From assembly GCF_055900595.2 (NCBI RefSeq), contig NZ_CM148325.1: a DNA stretch of 64,000 bases. One strand, 5' to 3'. The notes beneath the pieces were generated by a model that was not told where the DNA came from, searched no databases, and worked only from the letters and a program-made list of their open reading frames with translations. This document shows, piece after piece, positions 49,517 to 63,974 of this stretch. Position 1 is the stretch's first letter; each line of letters begins with the position of its first letter. Position numbers and translations under genes: made by a program.

Positions 49517-51160
49517 TTAGCGAATGTTAATCAGCGCATCAAAAATCGCGTTTGCCGTCTGCAGAACCTGCGCATTCGCGAGGTAATACTGCTGAAAACG
49601 TTGCAGATTTCCGTACTCCTCGTCGAGATTGACACCAGAAATCGACTGCTGCTGATTGGAAAGCTGCGTCACCACATTACCTTGCGTGGTGCTACTGGTT
49701 TTCAACGTCGCGGTTTTATTACCGATATCACTCACTAACGAGGCATAAGCGTCGTTAAAGGATTTCGCACCGCCCACCGTTTTACTGTTACTTTGCAGAT
49801 CCAGCAGGGCCTGCCCGTTGCGGTTGTCGCTATCACCCGCATCTTCTTCGCTCGCCATGGCGATTTTCGCTTCGTCAGTGATTAATACATCCATGTTGAC
49901 GATGGCGTCACTTACCGGTTTCAGCGTGAAGCTGTCGTTAGCGGCAGGCGTGCCTGTAAACGTCAACTCCAGACCATCAAATACAACTTTACCGTTGTTA
50001 TCCGGCGTCACCGTAAAAGTGGTGTTGCTGGCAAGGCGGGTGACCTGCCACTGATTATTGTCGAACGAAATTTTGTAATCTGTCGCCAGTACCGCGGAGG
50101 CATCAGTTACCGTTGCACCGATCGAAACGTCACCTTTGTTTTTCGTGTTTTGCAGAACCGCGGGCTTACCGATAGCAAAGAAATCTTCACCGGCATCGCC
50201 GTTAGCATCAAATCCGGCTTTGTGTTGGGTGTTGAAAGCCTCGGCAAATGCCAGCGCCAGTTGTCCGAGCGTATTACGCGTCTGGTCCAGATCCTGAGAA
50301 CGGAATGTCAGAATGCCGCCCAGCGACCCGGTATTCAGTAATTTCTCCGGGATCTCAATATTGCCTGCCGTCCCATCAACATAAGCGACAGTCGTACGAG
50401 AAGGGTCGGCGCTGGAAGGAACTGCCGCAAGTTGCCGCGCCGTACTTCCCTGAACCAGTGAGTAGCCATTGGCCATCGTGATGTTATAAGTGCCACCATC
50501 CTGAACGCTGACTTCTACGCCAACAATCTGGTTTAATTCGCTCACCAGTTGATCGCGTTGATCCAGCAGATTGTTAGGTGACGCCCCTGCCCCCACGCCT
50601 GTCAGGCGGGAGATCTGATCGTTCAGGCTGGCGATTTGTTTAGCGTAATTGTTGATCTGATCAACGCTGGCACCTATCGCGATATTGACCTGTTTGTCCT
50701 GGTCGCGCAGATATTGATCGGTGGTTTTAAACTGATTCACCAACCCTTCTGATTTCCCAATCAGCGCCTGGCGTGCTGCCGGGTCTTCCGCGTTACTTAC
50801 CAGCGTTTGCAGGCTTGTGAAGAAATCCTGCATCTGTGTTGCCAGCGAAGAGGTACTGGTGGAGAGCATATTGTCGATTTTCGACATCTGCTCATAGCGG
50901 GCAGTCAGGCCGCTACTTTGCGTCTGCGCCGCACGTAACTGGTTGGTAATAAAAGCATCATACTCACGCTGCACACCGGAAACGTAGACACCATTGCCAA
51001 CCCAGCCACCCGCGCCCAACGTGCTGTTGGCCTGCGCCATAATAGTGGTTTGGCGGGTATATCCGGCAACGTTATAGCTGGAGATATTATTACTTGCCGT
51101 ATTTAACGCCGCCTGAGCCGCGTTCAGTCCGCTCATGGCGTTATTGATCAAGCTGGACAT
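49517..51160 (-). CDS. flgK: Flagellar hook-filament junction protein 1 (HAP1)
   Basis: 547 aa, MSSLINNAMSGLNAAQAALNTASNNISSYN... Confidence 0.95.
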   Translation of the reverse strand: MSSLINNAMSGLNAAQAALNTASNNISSYNVAGYTRQTTIMAQANSTLGAGGWVGNGVYVSGVQREYDAFITNQLRAAQTQSSGLTARYEQMSKIDNMLSTSTSSLATQMQDFFTSLQTLVSNAEDPAARQALIGKSEGLVNQFKTTDQYLRDQDKQVNIAIGASVDQINNYAKQIASLNDQISRLTGVGAGASPNNLLDQRDQLVSELNQIVGVEVSVQDGGTYNITMANGYSLVQGSTARQLAAVPSSADPSRTTVAYVDGTAGNIEIPEKLLNTGSLGGILTFRSQDLDQTRNTLGQLALAFAEAFNTQHKAGFDANGDAGEDFFAIGKPAVLQNTKNKGDVSIGATVTDASAVLATDYKISFDNNQWQVTRLASNTTFTVTPDNNGKVVFDGLELTFTGTPAANDSFTLKPVSDAIVNMDVLITDEAKIAMASEEDAGDSDNRNGQALLDLQSNSKTVGGAKSFNDAYASLVSDIGNKTATLKTSSTTQGNVVTQLSNQQQSISGVNLDEEYGNLQRFQQYYLANAQVLQTANAIFDALINIR

Positions 51161-51193
51161 GGAGGTTCCTTATAAGCCTTCAATTACAGAGTA

Positions 51194-51220
51194 TTATCGG
51201 CAGCGACACGCCGGACTTGA
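51194..51220 (-). promoter_or_regulatory. Candidate sigma-28 (FliA) class-3 promoter for flgKL
   Basis: In flgK sense, TCAA-N15-GCCGATAA, 34 nt upstream of the flgK ATG; consensus is TAAA-N15-GCCGATAA. Confidence 0.5.
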
Positions 51221-51225
51221 GTTAT

Positions 51226-52167
51226 TCAGAACAGATTATCAATGTTCATGCTGTAGGTTTTGCTCACCTTGTCGCTTATCGATTTCATCTGCTGAATCAT
51301 GTTGGTGAGTTTTCGGGCATAGTGAGGATCGGTAGCATAGCCCGCGTCCTGTAGGGCCTGCGCCCCCTGCTCCGCACTCGCGGCGGTCGTCACGGCAGCG
51401 TAGCGCGGGTTACGTGTTAATAGCCCAACGTAATCCGACAATGCTTCCAGATACGAGCTGTAGACCCGAAACTTCGCTTTTACTTTCTTCGCTTCGCCAT
51501 TTTCATATTCAGTCGTGGTGATTTCAGTGACTGGCCCTTTCCAGTTGCCAGAGGCTTTGACGCCAAACAGGTTATAGCTCGGCTCGCCGTTTTCACGGCG
51601 GATTTGCCGTTGCCCCCAGCCAGACTCCAGCGCCGCCTGAGCGAGGATCAAATGGTGTGGCACACCACTTTGCTGGCTTGCCAGTTGGGCGGGCAGTGAG
51701 AGTTGCGCGAGGAATGCTTTACTGTCACCTGGCAGCGAATCATCGTAGTTGCGTGGTACGGCCTTTTGCACCAGCTGCGAAAGCGTCTGATTTTGATAAC
51801 GCATCACGGTTTCGAGCGGGAATTTCATCGGTGCTGCTGGCGTGGACTCATCTGGCAACGGTTGTTCTGGCGTCATCTGTTTAACCATCATCTCTGCCAG
51901 CCCCAGGCCTTTGCCCGCCGTCATCTGTTGGGCAATCTGCTGGTCATACATACTGGTGTAGAGGCGAGTGTGCTCGCTGCTGAACAGGCCATCTTTTGGC
52001 AAAGCGTCGCGCATGCTTTTCAGCATCATCTGCACGAACATCCCTTCTACCTGACGGGCCACTGGACGGATATTTGCCGCTGGATCTTCGCCCGCTTTCG
52101 CCTTCAGTTCGTTGAGCGATTGCGCATCCCAGGCCGCACTCGCCAGTAGTTTGCTGTCGCTGATCAT
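51226..52167 (-). CDS. flgJ: Flagellar rod assembly protein / peptidoglycan hydrolase FlgJ
   Basis: ORF to 52197; ATG at 52167 gives [18 protein letters not shown]... 313 aa; start overlaps the flgI stop by 1 nt. Confidence 0.93.
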   Translation of the reverse strand: MISDSKLLASAAWDAQSLNELKAKAGEDPAANIRPVARQVEGMFVQMMLKSMRDALPKDGLFSSEHTRLYTSMYDQQIAQQMTAGKGLGLAEMMVKQMTPEQPLPDESTPAAPMKFPLETVMRYQNQTLSQLVQKAVPRNYDDSLPGDSKAFLAQLSLPAQLASQQSGVPHHLILAQAALESGWGQRQIRRENGEPSYNLFGVKASGNWKGPVTEITTTEYENGEAKKVKAKFRVYSSYLEALSDYVGLLTRNPRYAAVTTAASAEQGAQALQDAGYATDPHYARKLTNMIQQMKSISDKVSKTYSMNIDNLF

Positions 52168-53264
52168 CAGATAATTTCCAGTTTTGCCCGCAGACATCCC
52201 GCACTTTGCATTGATTGCAAAATAGACATCAGATCCATCGGCGTAGCACCCAGCGCATTGAGCGCGCGCACCACGTTATTGAGGCTGGCACTGGAGCGTA
52301 CGCTTTGCAGCGAACCGCCGCTCTGGCGTAAGTCGATCTGTGTTTGTGGAGTAACCACAGTCTGCCCACCACCAAACGGTGTATCTGGCTGGCTGACATT
52401 GGCCTGGCGATTAACTGTTACTGAGAGATTCCCCTGCGCTACCGCGCAGCTGTCGAGGGTCACTTCGCGATTCATCACCACCGAACCAGTGCGCGAGTTA
52501 ATCACTACTTTAGCGTCCTGCGGGGTGACATTAACCTGCATATTCTGGATATCGGCAAGGAAACGGACCTGGGAACTGTTGCCACTCGGTACGCGCACCT
52601 GAATAGTCCGCGCATCTAACGCGGTGGCGCTGCCATATCCACGCACGCGGTTGATGGTGTCAGCGATTTGCTGCGCCATACTGAAATCTTCGTCGTTAAG
52701 TTGCAAATTAAGGGTATTCCCGACGCCAAATTGGCTGGGCAATTCACGTTCAATAACCGCACCATTGGTGATCCGTCCACCGTTCAGTTGGTTCACCTGA
52801 ACACTGCTACCGCCAGCGGAGGCCCCTGCGCCGCCAACCAGAATATTGCCCTGTGCCAGCGCATACACCTGACTGTCAACGCCCTTAAGCGGTGTCATCA
52901 ATAACGTACCGCCACGCAGACTTTTGGCATTTCCCATGGAAGAAACCACCACGTCAATGGTTTGCCCCTGACGTCCAAACGGTGGAAGTGACGCCGTCAC
53001 CATTACCGCAGCGACGTTTTTTAGCTGCATATTAGTGCCCGTCGGAACGGTAATTCCCAGCTGTGAGAGCATGTTATTAAGCGTTTGTGTGGTAAACGGC
53101 GTCTGAGTTGTCTGGTCACCGGTGCCATCCAGCCCCACCACCAGGCCATAGCCAATCAGTGAGTTTTGCCTTACCCCCTGAACACTGGTGAGATCGCGAA
53201 TACGCTCAGCCTGAGCTGCCGTGATAACCAGTAGAAGAATTAATGCAGAGAGAAATTTAATCAC
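52167..53264 (-). CDS. flgI: Flagellar P-ring protein
   Basis: ORF from GTG 53267; second GTG at 53264 gives (M)[18 protein letters not shown]... 365 aa with signal peptide. Confidence 0.94.
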   Translation of the reverse strand: MIKFLSALILLLVITAAQAERIRDLTSVQGVRQNSLIGYGLVVGLDGTGDQTTQTPFTTQTLNNMLSQLGITVPTGTNMQLKNVAAVMVTASLPPFGRQGQTIDVVVSSMGNAKSLRGGTLLMTPLKGVDSQVYALAQGNILVGGAGASAGGSSVQVNQLNGGRITNGAVIERELPSQFGVGNTLNLQLNDEDFSMAQQIADTINRVRGYGSATALDARTIQVRVPSGNSSQVRFLADIQNMQVNVTPQDAKVVINSRTGSVVMNREVTLDSCAVAQGNLSVTVNRQANVSQPDTPFGGGQTVVTPQTQIDLRQSGGSLQSVRSSASLNNVVRALNALGATPMDLMSILQSMQSAGCLRAKLEII

Positions 53265-53275
53265 CACAGCCTCAC

Positions 53276-53974
53276 TTACATTGGCGACAGGTTAAGGAAG
53301 AAACGCTGCAACCAGCCCATATTTTGCGCTTCGTTAATGTAGCCATTGCCTACGTATTCAATGCGCGCATCCGCCACCTGAGTAGACGGTACGGTATTAC
53401 TGCCGCTGATGGTGCGAGGATTAACTACACCAGAGAAGCGAATAAATTCGGTACCCTGATTAATGGCGATCTGTTTTTCACCCACCACATGCAGGTTGCC
53501 GTTGACCAGTACCTGGTCAACCGTCACCGTCAACGTGCCGCTAAAGGTATTGCTGGCATTGGCCCCACCTTTTCCGTTGAACGTGTTGCCACCAGAGGCT
53601 TCGACATCGGCACGAGCGTTACCAAACAGCCCCTGCAAATAGCGCGGCACAGTATCAAAGCCAAAATTAGTTTTACCGTCACGGCTGGCATTCGCAGAGG
53701 AGCTTTTGCTGGCGCTGACGTTCTCCTGCAACACGATGGTCAGCGTATCGCCAATATTGCGTGGTCGACGATCTTCAAACAGCGGTTGATAGCCATAGTT
53801 AATCGGCTGAGCAGACTGGAAAATAGAACCGTTGGCGACGGGCGTCGGACCGGGAACCGGTTGTGCACTGGTCGCCCCCTGTACCAGCGGCGTGGAGGGT
53901 ATCCAGGCGCAGCCGGTTAGTGAAAGCACCAACAAGCTGGAAATGGCATAAGTATGCGCAGCGTTTTTTTGCAT
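53276..53974 (-). CDS. flgH: Flagellar L-ring lipoprotein
   Basis: ORF to 53989; ATG at 53974 gives [22 protein letters not shown] (lipobox) 232 aa. Confidence 0.94.
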   Translation of the reverse strand: MQKNAAHTYAISSLLVLSLTGCAWIPSTPLVQGATSAQPVPGPTPVANGSIFQSAQPINYGYQPLFEDRRPRNIGDTLTIVLQENVSASKSSSANASRDGKTNFGFDTVPRYLQGLFGNARADVEASGGNTFNGKGGANASNTFSGTLTVTVDQVLVNGNLHVVGEKQIAINQGTEFIRFSGVVNPRTISGSNTVPSTQVADARIEYVGNGYINEAQNMGWLQRFFLNLSPM

Positions 53975-54026
53975 GGCTATCATCTTCAAAAATCAGTAAA
54001 CCGGTGAATCTGCCACCGGTTATGCC

Positions 54027-54827
<801 letters not shown>

Positions 54828-54852
54828 TTATTGACAAAATGCATATGTCTTC

Positions 54853-54888
<36 letters not shown>

Positions 54889-54980
54889 AAGAGCTCGCGA
54901 AATCAATAAATTGCGATTGCCCCCATAGACCCGATAAACTTGCGCATCGGGCAACTTATTCTTGTCATGTATCCGTTCAA

Positions 54981-55736
54981 TTAACTCATCGACAGCAGTT
55001 GGTTGGCACGGCCTGCGTTATCATCGACGCTGCTGATCACCTTCATCTGCATTTCAAAACGCCGCGCGCTGGCAATCATGTCGCTCATTGCCGCAACGGC
55101 ATTGACGTTACTGCCTTCCAGAACCCCCGACATCACACGTAAGGTTGGATCTGCCTGCAGTACCGGCCCACGCGTAGCCTGGCTTTCTGCGCTTAAACGA
55201 AAAATGCCGTCGTCACCGCGCTGCACTTCGCTGCCCGTGGCTTTCACCAGCTTCAGACGCCCCACTGGCGCGACAGTATTTGCCGGATCGCCAGAATTCA
55301 GCGCCGAGATTGTGCCATCGGCAGCAACAGTGATTTCCGCCCCTTCCGGCACAGCAATTGGCCCCGCCTCGCCGATCACCGGATGCCCCTGAATTGTCAG
55401 TTGCCCGGTGGGATCAACCTGAATGCTGCCATTACGCGTATATCCTTCGCTGCCGTCAGCGGTCTGCACGGCCAGCCAGCCGTCCTGCTGCAACGCGACG
55501 TCCAGCGGGCGCGAGGTGTAATCCATCTTACCGGGCGTCATGTCAGCACCCGGTGTTGACGCCGTAACCAGCGTGCGCGTGGGTAGTGAAAGCCCTTCCA
55601 CCGGCACTGCACGCAAGGCGTTTAACTGTGCGCGAAAACCGGGCGTAGAGGCATTGGCCAGATTACTGGCGGTCACCGCCTGTTGATTCAGCGTCTGGCT
55701 GGCTGCCCCCATCGCGGTATAAATTGCGTGATCCAT
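54981..55736 (-). CDS. flgF: Flagellar proximal rod protein
   Basis: 251 aa, MDHAIYTAMGAASQTLNQQAVTASNLANAST... Confidence 0.95.
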   Translation of the reverse strand: MDHAIYTAMGAASQTLNQQAVTASNLANASTPGFRAQLNALRAVPVEGLSLPTRTLVTASTPGADMTPGKMDYTSRPLDVALQQDGWLAVQTADGSEGYTRNGSIQVDPTGQLTIQGHPVIGEAGPIAVPEGAEITVAADGTISALNSGDPANTVAPVGRLKLVKATGSEVQRGDDGIFRLSAESQATRGPVLQADPTLRVMSGVLEGSNVNAVAAMSDMIASARRFEMQMKVISSVDDNAGRANQLLSMS

Positions 55737-55755
55737 TGAGCTATCCCGTCAGCGA

Positions 55756-56961
55756 TTAGCGTAAGTTAACCAGCGTGTTGAGGATCTGGTCCTGGGTTTT
55801 GATGGTCTGGGCGTTAGACTGATAGTTACGCTGGGCAACGATCATATTGACCAGTTCTTTGCTGAGATCGACATTGGACGCTTCCAGCGCACCGTTGGTC
55901 AGGGTGCCAAAGTTGCCCGTCCCGGCTGTCCCCAACAGCGCCACGCCAGAAGATTGCGTCGCAGACCAGACGTTGTCGCCTTCGGATGCCAGACCTTCGT
56001 TGTTGGCAAAGTTCGCCAGTACAATCTGCCCCAGCAGTTGGGTTTGTTCGTTGGAATAGTTGCCGACAACCGTACCGTCATCATTGATTTGATAACTCAC
56101 CAGATCGCCCGGTTTATAGCCGTTCTGGGTGGTTGCCACAATGTTGTTAGCACCGGTATTTTGCTGCATGGAGTTGAGGAAGCTCAGGCTAAACGTGGCG
56201 GGATCTGCGCCGTTAATTGCGCCGGTGGTAATATCCTTTGTTGGATCTGAGGTCAGAACGCCATTGGCATTAAACACCAGCGTCGTTGCAGGGTTAGCTG
56301 TGCCTTTTGGATCACTGCTATCCAGGGTGTAAACATCCCAGTTATTATCCCCGGTCTTCACAAAATAAACGCTCATATCATGAGCATTACCCTGACTATC
56401 GAAAACAGTCACCGAACCTTTTTTGTTATAGCTATCCGCATTGCTGGCATCGAATCCTTTAACAGAGGGAAGCGGATCACTGGAATTCAGGTTGATCTGC
56501 ATCGACGCCGTGGTGGTAGTTTTCGCTGCCATCAGGGTATTCGGGATCGAAATATTGGTCGGATTCGCCCCTTGTTGAATAGTCGGCGGCGTACCGGTTG
56601 CCGGATACCCCGTCAGCTGTAATCCTTGCATATTCACCAGGTTACGATTTTCATCGAGCTTAAATTGTCCATTACGGCTGTAAAAAACCGAACCATTGCT
56701 GTCTACCAGACGGAAAAAACCATTCTGGCTGATAGCAACGTCCAGACCTCGCCCGGTGTTGGTGGTCGTGCCATCGGTAAAGTCCTGAGTGATACCGGCA
56801 ACTTTTACCCCCAGTCCCACTTTCGAACCGGCAAACATATCGGCAAAAGAGGCCGTGCCTGATTTAAAGCCGTAGGTGGCGGAGTTGGCGATATTGTTGC
56901 CAATAACATCGAGGTTGGTGGCGGCAGCGTTTAATCCGCTAACCGCTTGAGAAAAGGCCAT
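55756..56961 (-). CDS. flgE: Flagellar hook protein
   Basis: 401-aa ORF, MAFSQAVSGLNAAATNLDVIGNNIANSATYGFK... Confidence 0.95.
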   Translation of the reverse strand: MAFSQAVSGLNAAATNLDVIGNNIANSATYGFKSGTASFADMFAGSKVGLGVKVAGITQDFTDGTTTNTGRGLDVAISQNGFFRLVDSNGSVFYSRNGQFKLDENRNLVNMQGLQLTGYPATGTPPTIQQGANPTNISIPNTLMAAKTTTTASMQINLNSSDPLPSVKGFDASNADSYNKKGSVTVFDSQGNAHDMSVYFVKTGDNNWDVYTLDSSDPKGTANPATTLVFNANGVLTSDPTKDITTGAINGADPATFSLSFLNSMQQNTGANNIVATTQNGYKPGDLVSYQINDDGTVVGNYSNEQTQLLGQIVLANFANNEGLASEGDNVWSATQSSGVALLGTAGTGNFGTLTNGALEASNVDLSKELVNMIVAQRNYQSNAQTIKTQDQILNTLVNLR

Positions 56962-56986
56962 GACTGACTCCTGAAATTTGAGGGCT

Positions 56987-57682
56987 TTAAATTATCTGCC
57001 GTACTTCGTCGAGGGTGGTGGTGCCGTAAGTGCCGAGATCCAGCGTATTACCGTTGTTGCCGCGGATCACCCCCTGCACCAGAGCAAACTGCAGCGGCTG
57101 GGCAACCAGTTGTGTACCACCGTTACTGGCGCTAATCGCTACATTGTAAGAACCGTTCGGCGCAGTGCTGCCGTCAGTCAACGTACCGTCCCAGGTGAAA
57201 CTGTGGACTCCGGCAGTCAGTTCACCGATATCAATGGTACGGACAACCGCGCCGTTTTTATCGGTGATGGTGGCCGTAACTTTGTCTGCCGCCTGCTGCA
57301 ACTCAACACCAAACGGCGTGGTCGTGGTCACAGCCCCTTCCTCACTGCCGGTTCCGGCAAGAACTGTGGTGCCGGGGATCATCACACCGTGACCGATCAG
57401 GTTACTGGCCTGTAGCGACTGGCTGTTATCAATCTGTCCGGAAATAGATCCGAGTGTAGTATTGAGTTTTTCTATCCCGCTGACCGTGCTGATTTGCGCC
57501 AATTGCGACGTCAGCTCGTTGTTTTCCATTGGATTGGTCGGGTCCTGGTTTTTCAGCTGCGCCACCAGCAAAGTCAGAAAACTGCTTTGTAAATCTGCGG
57601 CGTTGCTACCCGTGAGCGAGCTACTGCTGGTGGTGCTAACGCCGGTATTTGTCGGATCGGTGGTGGTTACCGCAATGGACAT
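56987..57682 (-). CDS. flgD: Flagellar hook capping/scaffold protein
   Basis: 231 aa, MSIAVTTTDPTNTGVSTTSSSSLTGSNAADLQ... Confidence 0.95.
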   Translation of the reverse strand: MSIAVTTTDPTNTGVSTTSSSSLTGSNAADLQSSFLTLLVAQLKNQDPTNPMENNELTSQLAQISTVSGIEKLNTTLGSISGQIDNSQSLQASNLIGHGVMIPGTTVLAGTGSEEGAVTTTTPFGVELQQAADKVTATITDKNGAVVRTIDIGELTAGVHSFTWDGTLTDGSTAPNGSYNVAISASNGGTQLVAQPLQFALVQGVIRGNNGNTLDLGTYGTTTLDEVRQII

Positions 57683-57693
57683 AGATTTCTCCT

Positions 57694-58098
57694 TTATTGA
57701 CCAAGCGTAAGGGTTTTCAGCATCATGCTTTTCACCGTGTTGAGCACTTCAACATTGGCCTGATAGCTGCGTGATGCTGACATGGTGTTAACCATCTCGC
57801 CGACAACATCAACGTTTGGCATTTTCACGTAGCCCTTTGCATCCGCCAGCGGATTACCCGGTTCATAAACCAGTTTGTCCGGAGCCTGACTTTCTATAAC
57901 ATCGGCAACCTTTACGCCGCCTGTCGCAGCGCCTGGCGCAGCGTTCACCTGGAATACCACCTGTTTTGCCCGATATGGCTGTCCATCGGGACCGGTCACG
58001 CTATCAGCATTCGCCAGATTACTGGCCGCCACATTCAGGCGCTGGGACTGGGCAGTTAACGCCGACCCGGCGATATCAAAAATGTTCAGCAGTGCCAT
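57694..58098 (-). CDS. flgC: Flagellar proximal rod protein
   Basis: 134 aa, [33 protein letters not shown]... Confidence 0.96.
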
Positions 58099-58101
58099 CC
58101 G

Positions 58102-58518
58102 TTAATTTCCGCTCTGTAAAACGTTCATCATGCCTTTGATTTGCCCGCTCAACGCGCTAAGGCTCATCTGGTATTGCAGGCTGTTATCGGCAAACTGAGT
58201 GCGTTCGCGATCCATATCGACGGTATTACCGTCCAGCGAAGGCTGGTCCGGAATACGGTATTGCAGTTCTGCGGTAGGAGGCGTCAGCGCCTGCGCCGGA
58301 ATGTGTTGCGTTGAGGTCATCGTCAGCGCAACCATGCTGGTTTCATCCCGTCCACGCTGCATGACCTTTTTAAGTTCACTGGCAAAATCGATATCGCGTG
58401 CCTGATAACCAGGGGTATCGGCATTGGCGATGTTTGCTGCCAGCACTTCCTGACGCTGGGCGCGCAGATTGAGCGCCTCTTGTTGAAAACGTAAGGCGGC
58501 GTCGAGCTTATCGAGCAT
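58102..58518 (-). CDS. flgB: Flagellar proximal rod protein
   Basis: 138 aa, [42 protein letters not shown]... Confidence 0.96.
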   Translation of the reverse strand: MLDKLDAALRFQQEALNLRAQRQEVLAANIANADTPGYQARDIDFASELKKVMQRGRDETSMVALTMTSTQHIPAQALTPPTAELQYRIPDQPSLDGNTVDMDRERTQFADNSLQYQMSLSALSGQIKGMMNVLQSGN

Positions 58519-58672
58519 ATCTCCTCCGCAAGTATCAAAATTCTGCCATCAGCTTAAATGCCTTTACGCGCGCGTTATCGGCGGAATAAACGCAAAATGG
58601 GTCGCTATTTATGCCGTTGATGGTCATTGCGTACAGGTACAATTCACGTTGTAGAAATGGCTGGGAGCGAAA
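58519..58672. promoter_or_regulatory. Divergent flgB / flgA class-2 flagellar promoter region (FlhD4C2-dependent in K-12)
   Basis: 154-bp intergenic region between divergent flgB and flgA operons; assignment by established regulon knowledge, individual boxes not mapped. Confidence 0.5.
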
Positions 58673-59332
58673 ATGCTGACAATAAAACGTAGCGTGGCGA
58701 TCATTGCGATACTGTTCAGTCCGTTAAGTACGGCGAGCAATCTCACATCGCAGTTACAAACCTTTTTTAGCGCCCAGCTCGCGGGAGTAAGTGATGAGGT
58801 TCGTGTTTCTATTCGTACATCGCCCCATCTACTTCCGCCGTGCGAGCAACCACTGCTTTCGATAAGCAATAATTCCCGCCTGTGGGGAAATGTGAATGTG
58901 CTGGCACGCTGCGGTAACGACAAACGATATTTGCAAGTCAATGTACAGGCCACAGGAAATTATGTGGTTGCCGCGATGCCCATTGTGCGGGGAGGAAAGC
59001 TGGAAGCTGGCAATGTAAAACTGAAACGCGGCAGGCTGGATACCTTGCCGCCGCGTACTGTGTTGGATATCAATCAACTTATTGATGCCGTTAGCCTGCG
59101 CGATCTATCACCCGAACAACCTATCCAATTAACCCAGTTGCGCCAGGCCTGGCGTGTAAAAGCGGGACAACGCGTCAACGTGATCGCCAGTGGTGATGGG
59201 TTTAGCGCCAACGCTGAAGGTCAGGCGCTGAACAATGCTGCCGTCGCACAGAATGCGCGGGTGCGCATGGTATCGGGACAGGTGGTCAGCGGCGTTGTCG
59301 ATGCAGATGGGAATATTCTTATAAACCTGTAA
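58673..59332 (+). CDS. flgA: Flagellar P-ring assembly chaperone
   Basis: 219 aa with signal peptide, MLTIKRSVAIIAILFSPLSTASNLTSQ... Confidence 0.94.
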   Translation: MLTIKRSVAIIAILFSPLSTASNLTSQLQTFFSAQLAGVSDEVRVSIRTSPHLLPPCEQPLLSISNNSRLWGNVNVLARCGNDKRYLQVNVQATGNYVVAAMPIVRGGKLEAGNVKLKRGRLDTLPPRTVLDINQLIDAVSLRDLSPEQPIQLTQLRQAWRVKAGQRVNVIASGDGFSANAEGQALNNAAVAQNARVRMVSGQVVSGVVDADGNILINL

Positions 59333-59337
59333 CCTGT

Positions 59338-59364
59338 TAAAGATTACCCGACCCATGCCGATAA
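59338..59364 (+). promoter_or_regulatory. Sigma-28 (FliA) class-3 promoter for flgMN
   Basis: Exact consensus TAAA-N15-GCCGATAA: TAAA 59338-59341, spacer 15 nt, GCCGATAA 59357-59364; 44 nt upstream of the flgM ATG. Confidence 0.8.
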
Positions 59365-59407
59365 ATAAGCAACACATGATAAAAGCGCCCTCAATGAGGA
59401 ATAAACC

Positions 59408-59701
59408 ATGAGTATTGACCGCACTTCACCTCTGAAGCCCGTAAGCACCGTTCAACCGCGTGAAACCACTGACGCGCCGGTAACGAATACCCGGGCGGCA
59501 AAAACAACCGCCGCCACCAGCACCAGTGTGACGTTAAGCGACGCGCAAGCAAAACTAATGCAACCCGGCAGCAGTGATATCAATCTTGAACGTGTCGAAG
59601 CGTTAAAACTGGCGATTCGTAACGGTGAACTAAAAATGGACACCGGCAAAATTGCCGATGCGCTAATCAACGAAGCGCAGCAAGACTTGCAGAGTAACTG
59701 A
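59408..59701 (+). CDS. flgM: Anti-sigma-28 factor
   Basis: 97 aa, [38 protein letters not shown]... Confidence 0.96.
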   Translation: MSIDRTSPLKPVSTVQPRETTDAPVTNTRAAKTTAATSTSVTLSDAQAKLMQPGSSDINLERVEALKLAIRNGELKMDTGKIADALINEAQQDLQSN

Positions 59702-59705
59702 TCGT

Positions 59706-60122
59706 ATGACGCGTCTTGCAGAGATCCTCGACCAGATGTCCGCAGTGCTTAACGATCTCAAAACGGTAATGGATCAAGAGCAGCAACATCTCTCAATGGG
59801 GCAGATCAACGGCAGCCAGTTGCAATGGATTACAGAACAAAAAAGCTCACTGCTGGCGACGTTGGATTACCTCGAACAGTTACGCAGAAAAGAACCCAAT
59901 GCAGAAAATAGCGTTGATATTAGTCAACGTTGGCAGGAAATTACGGTGCAAACTCAGCAACTACGTCAAATGAATCAACATAATGGCTGGTTACTGGAAG
60001 GACAGATTGAGCGCAATCAACAGGCGCTGGAAATGTTAAAACCGCATCAGGAACCGACGCTGTACGGGGCGAACGGTCAGACATCAATACCCCATCGCGG
60101 CAGTAAAAAGATTTCGATCTGA
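59706..60122 (+). CDS. flgN: Flagellar export chaperone for FlgK/FlgL
   Basis: 138 aa, MTRLAEILDQMSAVLNDLKTVMDQEQQHLS... Confidence 0.95.
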   Translation: MTRLAEILDQMSAVLNDLKTVMDQEQQHLSMGQINGSQLQWITEQKSSLLATLDYLEQLRRKEPNAENSVDISQRWQEITVQTQQLRQMNQHNGWLLEGQIERNQQALEMLKPHQEPTLYGANGQTSIPHRGSKKISI

Positions 60123-60161
60123 AGATTATCTCCGGCCTGCAGTGCAGGCCGGAATGCATTG

Positions 60162-61784
<1,623 letters not shown>

Positions 61785-61806
61785 CTACCGCCAGATGTTA
61801 CAGGGT

Positions 61807-62730
61807 TTATTCACTCATCGCATCGCGCCAGATCTTGTCAACGATACGTTGCGCCAGCACGGCCTGTTCTCCGGCAGTTTGTGGAACTGTCTGATTTTGC
61901 ACGCAATCAATGAAGTGACGCGCACAGCCAACAAATCCACGTTGCTCAAGAGTACTCTGCCAACCTGGAATAGGTTTATGCACCACGCCCTGCCCGCGCT
62001 CCTCACACCATTCGCGCATATCTATAATGTCGATGAGCGCACCGTCAGTCACGGCCTGCACGGCTTCACGCTGACTTCCGGCACGGCGATGCATACAGGT
62101 GGTAATCTGCAAAGGACCGGCCGAAAAATGGTGCTCGGCAAACAGCATTTCGCCCACGTCGTTAGTCAGTAGCATACCGCCATCCAGAGAGGCTTTGCCG
62201 CTCGACAACCACAGCGCGGTATCCACCACATGCAGATAATCATCCAGCAACGTGAAATAAAGGTCGTGTGGCCCGACGCTATTACTACGATGTTTATCCA
62301 TTCTTAGCGAGGCTGCGGTGGCAAGTTGCGTTTTTAACTCACCGTAGAGTGGTGCGAAACGACGGTTAAAACCGACCATCAACGTCAGTTTTTTCCGCGC
62401 CGCCAGTTCAACCAGCCGTTCAGCATCGCGCAGATTTTCTGCCAGCGGTTTATCGACGCAGACATGTACCCCCGCATTGAGTAACGCACTGACCACGTCA
62501 AAGTGGCTGGCGGTGCTGGAATGCACAAAAACAGCGTCACAACAGGCAGCAAGGCTGGATAACGAATCGGCATAAGGAATGCGCCAGCTTTCACAAATTG
62601 GCAGAGCTTTCGCGCGCGTTGGCGACCACGCACCTTGTAACGTCCAGTCAGACGCTGCCGCCAGCACCGGTAACCACGCCTTTTGCGCGATGCCGCCTAA
62701 CCCCACTACGCCGATACGTAATTTTTTCAC
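61807..62730 (-). CDS. yceM: Gfo/Idh/MocA-family oxidoreductase YceM (MviM)
   Basis: ORF to 62763; GTG at 62730 with gggag RBS gives (M)KKLRIGVVGLGGIAQKAWLP... 307 aa. Confidence 0.92.
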   Translation of the reverse strand: MKKLRIGVVGLGGIAQKAWLPVLAAASDWTLQGAWSPTRAKALPICESWRIPYADSLSSLAACCDAVFVHSSTASHFDVVSALLNAGVHVCVDKPLAENLRDAERLVELAARKKLTLMVGFNRRFAPLYGELKTQLATAASLRMDKHRSNSVGPHDLYFTLLDDYLHVVDTALWLSSGKASLDGGMLLTNDVGEMLFAEHHFSAGPLQITTCMHRRAGSQREAVQAVTDGALIDIIDMREWCEERGQGVVHKPIPGWQSTLEQRGFVGCARHFIDCVQNQTVPQTAGEQAVLAQRIVDKIWRDAMSE

Positions 62731-62731
62731 T

Positions 62732-63974
<1,243 letters not shown>

